This document shows, piece by piece, positions 18,800 to 27,958 of a DNA stretch of 64,000 nucleotides. The stretch's first letter is position 1; each line of letters begins with the position of its first letter. The notes under the pieces were generated by a model. It saw only the letters and a program-made list of their open reading frames with translations, did not search any database and was not told the DNA's origin. The position numbers were made by a program, and so were the translations under genes. The stretch is from Candidatus Moraniibacteriota bacterium. Lineage in GTDB: Bacteria > Patescibacteriota > Minisyncoccia > Moranbacterales > UBA1568. The stretch is from assembly GCA_013334575.1 (NCBI GenBank), contig JAAXXG010000001.1, positions 143,637 to 207,636 of the forward strand. The letters run 5' to 3'.

Positions 18800-19483
18800 T
18801 CAGGACGCGGCAGCTGCGGCGCAGGTCGCGCACGATGCATGCCGATCTCCGGAACAGATTCTTCCGGTAATGTCATCGACCCTCATGCGATACCATGCGA
18901 CGGTCCTGCACGTCGGATTCGTGATGCCATCCACGAATCCGGACTCGCAAAGCCAGTGAATGACCGCATTGACGGTTTTCAGTCCGGTCATACTGCGAAG
19001 AGACCCGGCAAACTCATCATGTCCGACCATCAGAAGGCCGTCATCGTCCGGTTCGGACAAAGCAGCCTCACGCGGCCACCAGAGAAACAGTCGGAGCAGG
19101 AAACGCCTGACGAAGGCTTGATCCTCCCGCCAGTCGGGACCGAAATGCCCCACGACTTCCGGAACGTCTTCCCTCCGAACAAAAATCAGGGAAGACCTCC
19201 CGGCGGACCCCGACCCACCGCAGCAGCAGTGCCCACCGTTCCGGTCGCTCTCCAGAATGGATCGCGTCAGGTCGGCATGCAACGTCGGCGAGACGGCGTT
19301 TCCGCTTGTGGGAACGAGATAGACGGGATAGGCGACCGGATAGCCGCTTACCACGACCGAGAACCGGAGCGCCATATCCGTCTTGGCCGGCTGCCGTGAG
19401 GACAACGTACAGACGCCGCCCAAGACCTCGTGATGAACAAGGAGACATCTGACCGCTCCACGGATGATGCCGAGGGGCGACAT
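18800..19483 (-). CDS. Hypothetical Cys/His-rich protein (motif GGHCCCGGSGS)
   Basis: Start at MSPLGIIRG (or MTRRGDMSPL, 7 codons earlier). Upstream of the His-rich protein on the same strand. GC3-rich codon usage supports a coding region. No family recognised. Confidence 0.45.
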   Translation of the reverse strand: MSPLGIIRGAVRCLLVHHEVLGGVCTLSSRQPAKTDMALRFSVVVSGYPVAYPVYLVPTSGNAVSPTLHADLTRSILESDRNGGHCCCGGSGSAGRSSLIFVRREDVPEVVGHFGPDWREDQAFVRRFLLRLFLWWPREAALSEPDDDGLLMVGHDEFAGSLRSMTGLKTVNAVIHWLCESGFVDGITNPTCRTVAWYRMRVDDITGRICSGDRHASCATCAAAAAS

Positions 19484-19668
19484 GTCGCCCCGACGTGTCA
19501 TACACGTAACAACAACCATGATACTAATGTTGAAGATTTGAAACGAACAAGAGAACAGACTCCGGGACATCCGAAGCCCGTTTATGATAAACCATTCTAT
19601 CCCATGCGTCAATATTCGATTCGCCCTCTACATAAACCAAATCGCCGAAAAATGACTGAAACTGGCAC

Positions 19669-19697
19669 TTGACAGAAATTATATAAGGGTGTATACT
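19669..19697 (+). promoter_or_regulatory. Near-consensus sigma70 promoter (TTGACA, 17 nt, TATACT)
   Basis: TTGACA at 19669-74, an exactly 17-nt spacer, TATACT at 19692-97, in an AT-rich intergenic region. Confidence 0.5.
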
Positions 19698-19703
19698 TTT
19701 TGT

Positions 19704-19773
19704 AGGTGTGTGTTCTTTCTTCGGATGGTTGTGTTGGGATGGGTGTCGCTCTCGCAGTGACACCCGTTTTTTT
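19704..19773 (+). ncRNA. Candidate ~70-nt small RNA (promoter to intrinsic terminator, no ORF)
   Basis: Predicted TSS ~19704. The transcript ends in the terminator GGGTGTC-(11 nt)-GACACCC plus 7 Ts. No start-competent ORF fits. The nearest protein-coding genes are both on the opposite strand. Confidence 0.4.
19741..19773 (+). terminator. Rho-independent terminator
   Basis: 7-bp perfect stem GGGTGTC/GACACCC with an 11-nt loop, followed by TTTTTTT. Confidence 0.7.
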
Positions 19774-19874
19774 ATGAAAACGTCCCCATCCGCGTACTCC
19801 GCCGTACACGGCCCATCATCCGACCCTCGGCATCCGTCCGAAACGGAAAGCCCGCCAAGTACCCCCCAACCGAT

Positions 19875-21281
19875 TTATTCCTCCTTCCGGACATACAGAT
19901 CCGGGAATACCGATGACTTCGAATAGTGTTCCGCAATGCTCGGGTTCTTCACCTTCACGAACGAGCTCGAGACGACCTTCGGCCGCTTCTCGTCGATCAG
20001 TCCGTAGATATCGTAATCATAGGGTCGGACAAGGCGATAGGAAGACAGGATGCCCGTCTTCGGTTTCACGGAAAACCAGAAATAGTCGACATCCCTTCGG
20101 AACAGGTTGAACTGTGCGTCACCGTCGTAGACAAGGTCGTCCGGTCCGGTCACGGAAAGGACGTATGACACCTTGTCGAGTTGTCCCCGGTTATCCTCCC
20201 ACAAATCGAAGAAGAAATATCCGGCGACCGGCAGAGATGCGAGCAGCATCACGGCGACAAACCGACGGTTCAGTCGCCGAGAACGGACGAGCGCCGCGGC
20301 CGCGACCATCGCTATCCACGGCATCGCGGCAAGGTAGTACTGCGGAAATGGCGTCCTGGTCACGAAGACGGTCGCCAGAAGTCCCGCCGCGAAAAACAGC
20401 GCGATATCCGGCTTCCGATTTCGGACGGCATGGACCGAACCGAACAGGAACAGGATCCACAGAAGCGGATTCTGCTCGATTGACCGAAGCAGGTACTTGT
20501 AGATCGGAAACGAATTGAGCAGGAGGGTGTTCAGCTGCCAGTTCGAAAAGAAATATTCCCGCCAGCCGAACGCCGAGGAAACGTACGCGACGAATCCCAA
20601 GAGAAGGATTACGAACGTTCCCGCGTAGAAGAGAATGTCACGCCACGCTGTCTTGCGCTTCCACAGACGGTACAGCAGCAGGAGGCCGATCAGGAACGCC
20701 GCGAATACCGCCTTCTGCAGGAACAGGAACGCCGCGAACAACGCGGCCGAACTCCCAACGAGCTTCGCGGCGGACGGCGTCCGAAAATGAGAAAGAAGCA
20801 ACGAGACCGAAATGAGTTCGAACAGGACGAGCGGAATATCCGGACGGACCTCGATTACCTTGGTCAGAAAGGTGACCGACGTCGTCAGGAAGAAGACCGA
20901 AAAGAGCGCCGTCTCACGGTCAAAGAGGGAACGCGCGATCCGATATGTCAGCAGGACGATGCCGACTGTTGCCGCAAGCGACAGGAGCCGCGCCACGATG
21001 ACGGCCGGAATGCCGGGACCGAACAGAGCGATCACCGGCGCAAGCACGTAATACGGCAAAAAATGATGCGTCTGGAGGAAATCGACGTATATCCGCTCCC
21101 CGGAAAGTATCTTCCAGGCGGAATGGATCGCCTCGAACTCGTCATGATTGAAGGCATGAAACAGTGATGATGCCACCCCCAGCAGTCCGAAAACGACGAT
21201 ACCGAATACGGCGACCGCCTTCGGTCCGTCCATTTTCCCTAATTCCATCCGAAATGGTTTCATAGGCCCGACATTCTTCAT
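19875..21281 (-). CDS. GT-C fold membrane glycosyltransferase (ArnT-like)
   Basis: 468 aa, polytopic. 'HAFNHDEFEA' is the loop-1 DE motif of ArnT/PMT-type transferases. Confidence 0.75.
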   Translation of the reverse strand: MKNVGPMKPFRMELGKMDGPKAVAVFGIVVFGLLGVASSLFHAFNHDEFEAIHSAWKILSGERIYVDFLQTHHFLPYYVLAPVIALFGPGIPAVIVARLLSLAATVGIVLLTYRIARSLFDRETALFSVFFLTTSVTFLTKVIEVRPDIPLVLFELISVSLLLSHFRTPSAAKLVGSSAALFAAFLFLQKAVFAAFLIGLLLLYRLWKRKTAWRDILFYAGTFVILLLGFVAYVSSAFGWREYFFSNWQLNTLLLNSFPIYKYLLRSIEQNPLLWILFLFGSVHAVRNRKPDIALFFAAGLLATVFVTRTPFPQYYLAAMPWIAMVAAAALVRSRRLNRRFVAVMLLASLPVAGYFFFDLWEDNRGQLDKVSYVLSVTGPDDLVYDGDAQFNLFRRDVDYFWFSVKPKTGILSSYRLVRPYDYDIYGLIDEKRPKVVSSSFVKVKNPSIAEHYSKSSVFPDLYVRKEE

Positions 21282-21384
21282 TCCGTTCGCACGTTCATGA
21301 TATCACGATATCCGCCTCCCGAGAGGAGCTCGACTCGCCCCTCCGAAAATGCTATTATTTCCCGGAAGATATCGGGATTCCCTC

Positions 21385-22380
21385 ATGAACGTCCTCGTCA
21401 CCGGCGGCGCCGGCTACATCGGCTCCCATACCGTCCGAAAGCTTCGCGATGCCGGGTACGACATCGCGATTTTCGACAACCTTTCGTCCGGACACCGCGA
21501 GGCCGTCCGGGACTTCGAATTGATCGAAGGCGACCTGGCGGACCGCGATGCGCTCCATCGGTTGTTCGCGGAACGAAAATTCGACGCGGTCATCCATTTC
21601 GCCGGCAGCATCGAAGCCGGCGAGTCCATGACCGATCCGTCGCGTTTCTTCCGGAACAACGTAACGAACGGCCTCAATCTTCTCGACGCGATGCTCGCGC
21701 ACGACGTGAAACGGATCGTCTTTTCCTCGACCGCCGCGGTATACGGCGAACCCGCCTCGATGCCGATCACCGAAGAGGCTCCCAAGGAGCCGACCAACGT
21801 CTACGGCCTGACCAAGCTCATGTTCGAACGGATCCTCGAGTCATACGACCGGGCATACGGACTGAAATCGGTATCGCTCCGGTATTTCAACGCCGCCGGA
21901 GCCGATCCGTCCGGAGATATCGGCGAAGCGCATCCTCGCGAAACGCACCTCATCCCGATCCTCCTCGAAACGGCACTCGGGCGGCGCGACGGCATCCGCA
22001 TTTTCGGCACCGACTATCCGACGCCGGACGGGACCGGTGTCCGCGACTACGTCCACGTATCGGACCTCGCAGACGCGCACGTCCTGGCACTCGATTTCCT
22101 GGAACGGGAAAACCGTTCCGATGCGTTCAACCTGGGGAACGGATCCGGCATATCCGTACGCGGGGCGATCGACGCCGTTCGACGCGTCACCGAAACGGAC
22201 TTTCCCGTCATCCAGGAAGCGCGTCGCGCCGGCGACCCCGCCGAACTCTACGCGAGCTCCGAAAAGGCGACCCGCGTCCTGGGATGGAAGCCGGCTCATC
22301 CGTCGATCGAGGATATGGTCCGGACCGCATGGAACTGGCACCGGTCGCATCCGGACGGCTTCGTAACCGAACGCGCATGA
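21385..22380 (+). CDS. galE: UDP-glucose 4-epimerase
   Basis: 'MNVLVTGGAGYIGSH' Rossmann N-terminus and the YxxxK catalytic 'YGLTKLMFE'. About 331 aa. Confidence 0.9.
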   Translation: MNVLVTGGAGYIGSHTVRKLRDAGYDIAIFDNLSSGHREAVRDFELIEGDLADRDALHRLFAERKFDAVIHFAGSIEAGESMTDPSRFFRNNVTNGLNLLDAMLAHDVKRIVFSSTAAVYGEPASMPITEEAPKEPTNVYGLTKLMFERILESYDRAYGLKSVSLRYFNAAGADPSGDIGEAHPRETHLIPILLETALGRRDGIRIFGTDYPTPDGTGVRDYVHVSDLADAHVLALDFLERENRSDAFNLGNGSGISVRGAIDAVRRVTETDFPVIQEARRAGDPAELYASSEKATRVLGWKPAHPSIEDMVRTAWNWHRSHPDGFVTERA

Positions 22381-22796
22381 AAGACGTCATAGCCGGGATC
22401 CTGCTTCGCCGCACCGACAAGACCGCCGTGCAGCTGTTGCGCTACCTCTTCGTCGGCGGATTCTCCACGGTCGTAGACATGAGCGCCTTCTATGCCATAC
22501 AACGCCTCTTCGGCGCCCATTACCTCGTCGCGCAGACCGTCGGCTTCATGCTCGGCATCACGGCAAACTATCTGCTCTCGATCGCCTGGGTCTTCCGGAC
22601 GACCGACGACCGGGGAAAGGAGATGGCCCTTTTCCTCCTCGTCGGAATAGGTGGACTCCTTCTCAGCTCTCTCCTTCTTTTTCTCCTCGTCGAAGTCGCG
22701 CATTTCTCCGCGTTCCGCAATATGGCAGCCAAGGCAGTCACGGTCATGATCGTCCTCGGCTGGAATTTCGGCATGCGAAAGAGATTCGTCTTCTAA
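22377..22796 (+). CDS. GtrA-family membrane protein (polysaccharide synthesis flippase-associated)
   Basis: 139 aa with 4 TM helices. 'LRYLFVGGFSTVVDMSAFYA' is the GtrA signature. The ATGA start/stop overlap with galE suggests translational coupling. Confidence 0.8.
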   Translation: MKDVIAGILLRRTDKTAVQLLRYLFVGGFSTVVDMSAFYAIQRLFGAHYLVAQTVGFMLGITANYLLSIAWVFRTTDDRGKEMALFLLVGIGGLLLSSLLLFLLVEVAHFSAFRNMAAKAVTVMIVLGWNFGMRKRFVF

Positions 22797-22808
22797 TAGA
22801 CCACCACT

Positions 22809-24221
22809 ATGGAACACGTCGACACCGTCATTTTCGGAGCCGGACCCGCCGGACTCGCCGCGGCCGGTCGCCTCGTCGGCAAAGGAAAATCCGTCATCGT
22901 CGTCGAGAAGGAAGCGCTCGTCGGCGGCATCAGCAAGACGCTCGAATACAAGGGGTACCGCTTCGACCTCGGCGGTCACCGGTTCTTCACCAAGGCGAAG
23001 GAAGTGAACGAACTCTGGGACCGGACCCTCGGGGACGACTTCATCGAACGTCCGCGACTCTCCCGCATCTACTACCGCAACCGGTTCTTCGACTATCCCG
23101 TCCGCATCCAGAACGTTCTCCGGAATCTCGGAATGGTCGAATCCGCCCTCATATCCTTCGACTACCTCCGCACCAAGCTCATGCCGCATCCGGAAGAGCG
23201 TACCTTCGAACAGTGGGTATCGAACCGCTTCGGACGCCGACTGTTCAATCATTTCTTCAAGTCATATACCGAAAAACTCTGGGGCATCCCCTGCTCCGAG
23301 ATCCAGGCCGAATGGGCGGCGCAACGCATCAAAGGACTGTCGTTCACGAGCGCCATCAGGTCGGCTCTCTTTCCGGACAAGACCGGAAAGATCAAGACGC
23401 TCATCGACAAGTTCCGGTATCCGAAACTCGGACCGGGCATGATGTACGAACGCATGGCGGATGACATCCGCAAGGCCGGCGGAACGATCCTCCCGGAAAC
23501 CGCCGTCATGCAGGTCCATCACGAGAACGGAACCGTGCGAAGCGTCGTCGTCCGCGACCGGAACGGCTCCGAACGGGAAATCTCCGCCGACCGGTTCATC
23601 TCTTCCATGCCGATCACCGAACTCGTAACGGCGCTCTCCCCGGCGGCTCCGGAACATGTCCTCGAAGCCTCCCGCGGCCTCACATACCGCAGCTTCATCA
23701 CCGCGAGCGTCATCCTCGATACCGAGCGTTCGTTCCCGGACACCTGGATCTACGTGCATTCCCCGGAAGTCAGACTCGGGCGCATACAGAACTTCAAGGC
23801 CTGGAGCCCCTACATGGTCGCCGACCCGTCCAAGACCGCTCTCGGGCTCGAATACTTCTGCACCGAAGGCGACGACCTCTGGACCATGGACGACCAGGAC
23901 CTCCTTTCGCTCGCCATGCGCGAACTTGAGGCGATCGGACTCGGCAAGGCGCCCCAGTTCGTCGACGGGTTCGTGGCACGCGTCCCGAAGGCGTATCCCG
24001 TCTACGACGCCGCGTACCCGGAGCGCCTCCGCGTCGTCCGCGAATACCTGTCGACCTTCCGGAACCTGCAACCCGTCGGCCGATACGGCATGTTCAAATA
24101 TAACAACATGGACCATTCCATCCTCACCGGACTCCTCGCCGCCGAGAACGTCCTTGGCGCAAACCACGACATCTGGGAAATAAACGCCGACCAGGAGTAC
24201 CACGAGGAACACAAGAACTAA
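22809..24221 (+). CDS. FAD-dependent oxidoreductase (amine-oxidase/HemY-like fold)
   Basis: 'DTVIFGAGPAGLAAA...VVEKEALVGG' dinucleotide-binding N-terminus. 470 aa. Confidence 0.75.
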   Translation: MEHVDTVIFGAGPAGLAAAGRLVGKGKSVIVVEKEALVGGISKTLEYKGYRFDLGGHRFFTKAKEVNELWDRTLGDDFIERPRLSRIYYRNRFFDYPVRIQNVLRNLGMVESALISFDYLRTKLMPHPEERTFEQWVSNRFGRRLFNHFFKSYTEKLWGIPCSEIQAEWAAQRIKGLSFTSAIRSALFPDKTGKIKTLIDKFRYPKLGPGMMYERMADDIRKAGGTILPETAVMQVHHENGTVRSVVVRDRNGSEREISADRFISSMPITELVTALSPAAPEHVLEASRGLTYRSFITASVILDTERSFPDTWIYVHSPEVRLGRIQNFKAWSPYMVADPSKTALGLEYFCTEGDDLWTMDDQDLLSLAMRELEAIGLGKAPQFVDGFVARVPKAYPVYDAAYPERLRVVREYLSTFRNLQPVGRYGMFKYNNMDHSILTGLLAAENVLGANHDIWEINADQEYHEEHKN

Positions 24222-24234
24222 AGATCCGAAACCT

Positions 24235-26016
24235 ATGCATGCCGCACGCGAACGGATTATCCGCCTGTACGGTTGCATTTCGGAGACGCTCGGACGGATC
24301 CGTCCGGAATTCCTATTCCTGACCCTCGTAGTACCGCTTTCCCTGGCGACGGCCTTCCTGACGCCGCCGCTGCAGGCACCCGATGAGACCCGGCATCTGT
24401 TCCGATCCTGGGGTATCGCAACCGGACAGGTTTTCTGCAGTCCTGGTTCAACGGTATCCGTACCGAAAAACCTTTTTACATTCGCGGAAACGTTCGAAAA
24501 GGGAGTTTCGGACGACGGACTTTTCCGATATTCGATGCTTTCGGACTGGAACCGCTCCGCATCGCTTTCCGGTCCGGAAACCCAGGTCTACACCCAGTTC
24601 TGCTCGTATAACCCGATCACGCACCTCCCGCAGGCCATCGGGATGTTCCTTGCGAATTCGGTCCACGGCTCGGTCGTCTCGACCTATTACGGCGCCTCGT
24701 TCGGAAATGCGATCGTCGCGATTTTCCTGATCTTCCTTGCCATCCGTCTCGTGCCCTTCGGAAAGACCTACTTTCTCCTTGCAGGACTGGCAAGCGGCAT
24801 CATCGGCATCGCGACCACCGTAAACGGCGACGCGCTCTCCATCGGAGGCCTGCTGTTCCTTGCGGCGCTTTTTCTCCGCATGTCGGACGGCAGAACGCTT
24901 GGAAGATACGACCTTCCGGTACTGCTCGCGGCATCGCTCCTGTTCATCCATGCCAAACCGGCATACATCGGATTCACAATGCTCGCGTTCCTGATACCCT
25001 CCCGCGCGTTTCCGTCCAAACGTTCATTTCTCTTTTTTCTCGCGACCTTTTTCGCCGCAAACATCCTCCTGGCGACAGTACTCGCCTCGTATGCCGATAC
25101 CGGATCCTACCTCCGACCCGAGGGAGTCGATCCGGCCGCGCAGGCCACCTTCATACGATCGCATCCCCTCCCGACGGCCGCCCTCATCGCAGAGGAAACC
25201 GTCACGAACCTGCCGCGATATATCGGAGCTAAGACTGGCCGATCCCTTCCCTATTACGCGGCCTTCGCGTTCGTCGTCCTGATGCTCGGCCTCGACGGCA
25301 TCCGTCCTTCCCGGCGCACCCGGATCGCACTCCCGCTGATCGTCTTCGGAACGGCCGCCCTCATCGAACTCTTGGAATACCTGTTTTGGAACGAGCCCGG
25401 CGCATCGAATATCCGCGGCATCCAATCCCGCTATTACTACGGCCTCCTCCCACTCCTTTTCCTCGCGGCCCACGCACCGTTTCGGCGCCTCGGCAGCATC
25501 TCGTTCCCGAACGGGCAGCGAATCATCGCGGTCACCGGCATCACGATTACGGTAGCAGCATCGTCACTCATCGGACTCGACGCGAAATACCACAAGACCC
25601 ATCTCGCCATAATACCGAACGGAACACCGGTTTCCATTGACCTCGGCGAATGCGCCATTAAGACGGACGACCTGTCGATCAGGCAGGACGGATCGGTCGA
25701 GACCCTCGCCGACGGTAACTACGCGGAACTCGACGCCTCGGGTCTCTCCGGCCTATCCTTCGAGACGACCGGAACGGGCGCTATCGGACTCCGCTACCGG
25801 TTCCGCGGGGACGAGAAATTCCCGAAGAAACCGGCCGACGACATACGCTCGACAAAACGCGTCTCCGTCGACCTCGATACGCTCGCCCAGCGGGAGGGTC
25901 GTCCCGTGGACCGGATTCGGATCACGTTTTCCGACAGGCCCGAAGCGTTTTCTGTAAACGGACTCACCGCCTATTACGCCGATTCATCCACATCCTACAC
26001 CTGCGGAAACAGGTGA
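24235..26016 (+). CDS. DUF2142-like integral membrane protein (putative GT-C glycosyltransferase)
   Basis: 593 aa, polytopic, with the N-terminal 'LQAPDETRH' (PDE motif) typical of DUF2142 proteins. Confidence 0.6.
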   Translation: MHAARERIIRLYGCISETLGRIRPEFLFLTLVVPLSLATAFLTPPLQAPDETRHLFRSWGIATGQVFCSPGSTVSVPKNLFTFAETFEKGVSDDGLFRYSMLSDWNRSASLSGPETQVYTQFCSYNPITHLPQAIGMFLANSVHGSVVSTYYGASFGNAIVAIFLIFLAIRLVPFGKTYFLLAGLASGIIGIATTVNGDALSIGGLLFLAALFLRMSDGRTLGRYDLPVLLAASLLFIHAKPAYIGFTMLAFLIPSRAFPSKRSFLFFLATFFAANILLATVLASYADTGSYLRPEGVDPAAQATFIRSHPLPTAALIAEETVTNLPRYIGAKTGRSLPYYAAFAFVVLMLGLDGIRPSRRTRIALPLIVFGTAALIELLEYLFWNEPGASNIRGIQSRYYYGLLPLLFLAAHAPFRRLGSISFPNGQRIIAVTGITITVAASSLIGLDAKYHKTHLAIIPNGTPVSIDLGECAIKTDDLSIRQDGSVETLADGNYAELDASGLSGLSFETTGTGAIGLRYRFRGDEKFPKKPADDIRSTKRVSVDLDTLAQREGRPVDRIRITFSDRPEAFSVNGLTAYYADSSTSYTCGNR

Positions 26017-26032
26017 CGGATACGAAACGAAA

Positions 26033-26076
26033 GCCGACCTCGTCATGTGACGGGCCGGCTTTTTTCTTTTTTTTCG
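26033..26076. terminator. Bidirectional terminator between convergent genes
   Basis: AGCCGaCC-(12 nt)-GGgCCGGCT imperfect stem, followed by a long T-run (TTTTTTCTTTTTTTT). Confidence 0.45.
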
Positions 26077-26088
26077 GAAGAACGGAAA

Positions 26089-26565
26089 TCAGTGATCATA
26101 GCAACAGTCGCAGAACGGACCACTCGGGCAGCCCAAACTTCCGAGTCCCGAAACCGGAACCGTTGCCATAAGCTCCTTGACGGCATCCGGCAACAGGTGA
26201 AGCGCCGCATCGATATCCCCGTCCGTACAGACCTCGCGCACCTCCTTCAGCGGAAGGACTCCCCAGGTTACGAAATAGGCGGTACAGATTCGGGCAAAAG
26301 GCGTCCCGTAGCCCCACCGATACTGATCCCCCGCCTCGTTCAACAGCTTCAGGTGGATCAACCGCTCCAGATCCTCCGCCGTTATGGTTCCGACATCAAG
26401 GAATTCCCTGAGCCTCTGTTGGAAATATAAACCGGAAAGCAGGGTGCGGATCCTTCCCGTCGCTTTATCGTAAAGAAAAGCCACTGCCGACGAAAAACCT
26501 CTCAACTCCGACGGGAGCTCTTCCATAAAGATCGGATTCCTGAAATACGGCTTCTTGTTTTCCAT
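26089..26565 (-). CDS. Hypothetical protein with a Cys-rich C-terminus (CPSGPFCDCCYDH)
   Basis: 158-aa ORF at the left edge of the low-GC cassette. No family recognised. Confidence 0.45.
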   Translation of the reverse strand: MENKKPYFRNPIFMEELPSELRGFSSAVAFLYDKATGRIRTLLSGLYFQQRLREFLDVGTITAEDLERLIHLKLLNEAGDQYRWGYGTPFARICTAYFVTWGVLPLKEVREVCTDGDIDAALHLLPDAVKELMATVPVSGLGSLGCPSGPFCDCCYDH

Positions 26566-26844
26566 GGTCCACCTGCCTTTTCCGTATGATGTTTATAAAA
26601 AGTACCGCCACTACCGTACCAGAAAAAGACCGAACTGTAAAGGATGTCACCGTTCCGACAAGAGCCAACTCCATCATATGGCAAGTCGGTTTTTTTTTCG
26701 AATCATCAGAATATAAAAAGAAAAATTTGATACCATCAACGAATGAAGCAGGTATCCATAAGAATCGACATTATTCTGGAATACTCCCACGCAAAAATAA
26801 GCCCGATTCGGCTTCAAGAAATTTTTAAAAATATCAAATTTCCC

Positions 26845-26873
26845 TTGATTTAAAGGTCTATACAGCATATATT
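26845..26873 (+). promoter_or_regulatory. Promoter candidate for gmd
   Basis: TTGATT (26845-50), 17-nt spacer, TATATT (26868-73) in a 340-nt AT-rich region upstream of the ATG at 26908. Confidence 0.35.
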
Positions 26874-26907
26874 AGATAAGAAGCTGTAATAACCTGTTTC
26901 TACGATA

Positions 26908-27957
26908 ATGAAAGCCCTCATTACAGGTATAACCGGTCAAGACGGTTCGTATCTCGCAGAACTCCTACTCAAAAAAGGGTACGAGGTTCACGGCATCATA
27001 CGCCGATCAAGTTCGTTCAACACCGACCGAATCGACCATCTCTACCAAGACCCTCACATTCACGGTGTCAAACTGTTTCTCCATTATGGAGATTTGGCAG
27101 ATAGCAGCAACATCAGCCGACTAATCGAGAAAATTCAGCCGGACGAGATCTATAACCTCGGCGCACAGAGCCATGTCCGGGTCAGTTTCGACGTTCCAGA
27201 ATATACAGCCGACACAGACGGGATCGGCACCCTTCGCATCCTCGACGCCATAAAGGAGGCTAAGCTCAAAACGAAATTCTACCAGGCATCAAGCAGCGAA
27301 CTCTACGGCAAAGTAGTGGAGACGCCTCAGACTGAAAAGACGCCGTTTTACCCGCGTTCTCCGTATGCGGTCGCAAAGCTCTACGCGTACTGGATTACCG
27401 TAAACTACCGTGAAAGTTACGGGATATTCGCATGCAACGGAATCCTATTCAATCACGAATCCCCTCGTCGCGGAGAGACTTTCGTCACCAGGAAGATCAC
27501 ACGAGGTTTTGCTCGTATACTTTCCGGAAAGGAAGATTGCCTGTACATGGGAAATCTGGAGGCAAAACGCGATTGGGGCCACGCCCGAGACTACGTCGAA
27601 GGAATGTGGCTAATGCTACAGCAAGAAAAGCCGGACGATTATATCCTCGCTACCGGCGAAACACACTCGGTTAGAGAATTCATCGAAGAATGCGCAAAAG
27701 TTGCCGGGATCGATCTCTTTTGGAAAGGAAAAGGCCTTGAAGAAATCGGCGTCGATCGGAACACAAAAAAAACAATCATCCGTATTGATCCAAAATACTT
27801 CCGCCCCGCTGAAGTAGATCTTCTTCTTGGAAATCCTGCTAAGGCAAAGCGACTCCTAAAATGGAAACCAAGAGTGACATTCAAGGCTCTCGCCAAAGAA
27901 ATGATGCGAGCCGACATGGAAAATGAAGGGATACCGTGGATCAAAGACACCGTATAA
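26908..27957 (+). CDS. gmd: GDP-mannose 4,6-dehydratase
   Basis: '[21 protein letters not shown]' together with '[20 protein letters not shown]' and 'NHESPRRGE', the canonical Gmd signature blocks. Confidence 0.95.
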   Translation: MKALITGITGQDGSYLAELLLKKGYEVHGIIRRSSSFNTDRIDHLYQDPHIHGVKLFLHYGDLADSSNISRLIEKIQPDEIYNLGAQSHVRVSFDVPEYTADTDGIGTLRILDAIKEAKLKTKFYQASSSELYGKVVETPQTEKTPFYPRSPYAVAKLYAYWITVNYRESYGIFACNGILFNHESPRRGETFVTRKITRGFARILSGKEDCLYMGNLEAKRDWGHARDYVEGMWLMLQQEKPDDYILATGETHSVREFIEECAKVAGIDLFWKGKGLEEIGVDRNTKKTIIRIDPKYFRPAEVDLLLGNPAKAKRLLKWKPRVTFKALAKEMMRADMENEGIPWIKDTV

Positions 27958-27958
27958 T

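Noticed and set aside
21297-22376. N-terminal 360 aa of the 499-aa ORF 21297-22796(+)
   Set aside because: This is the +2 frame relative to galE (Arg-rich nonsense). Only the C-terminal 139 aa, from the ATG at 22377 overlapping the galE stop, is the real GtrA-family gene.
22296-24278. Minus-strand ORFs 22296-23252 (318 aa) and 23262-24278 (338 aa)
   Set aside because: They are antisense to the FAD oxidoreductase and GtrA genes. Their composition is Asp/Glu/Gly-rich low-complexity with no RBS.
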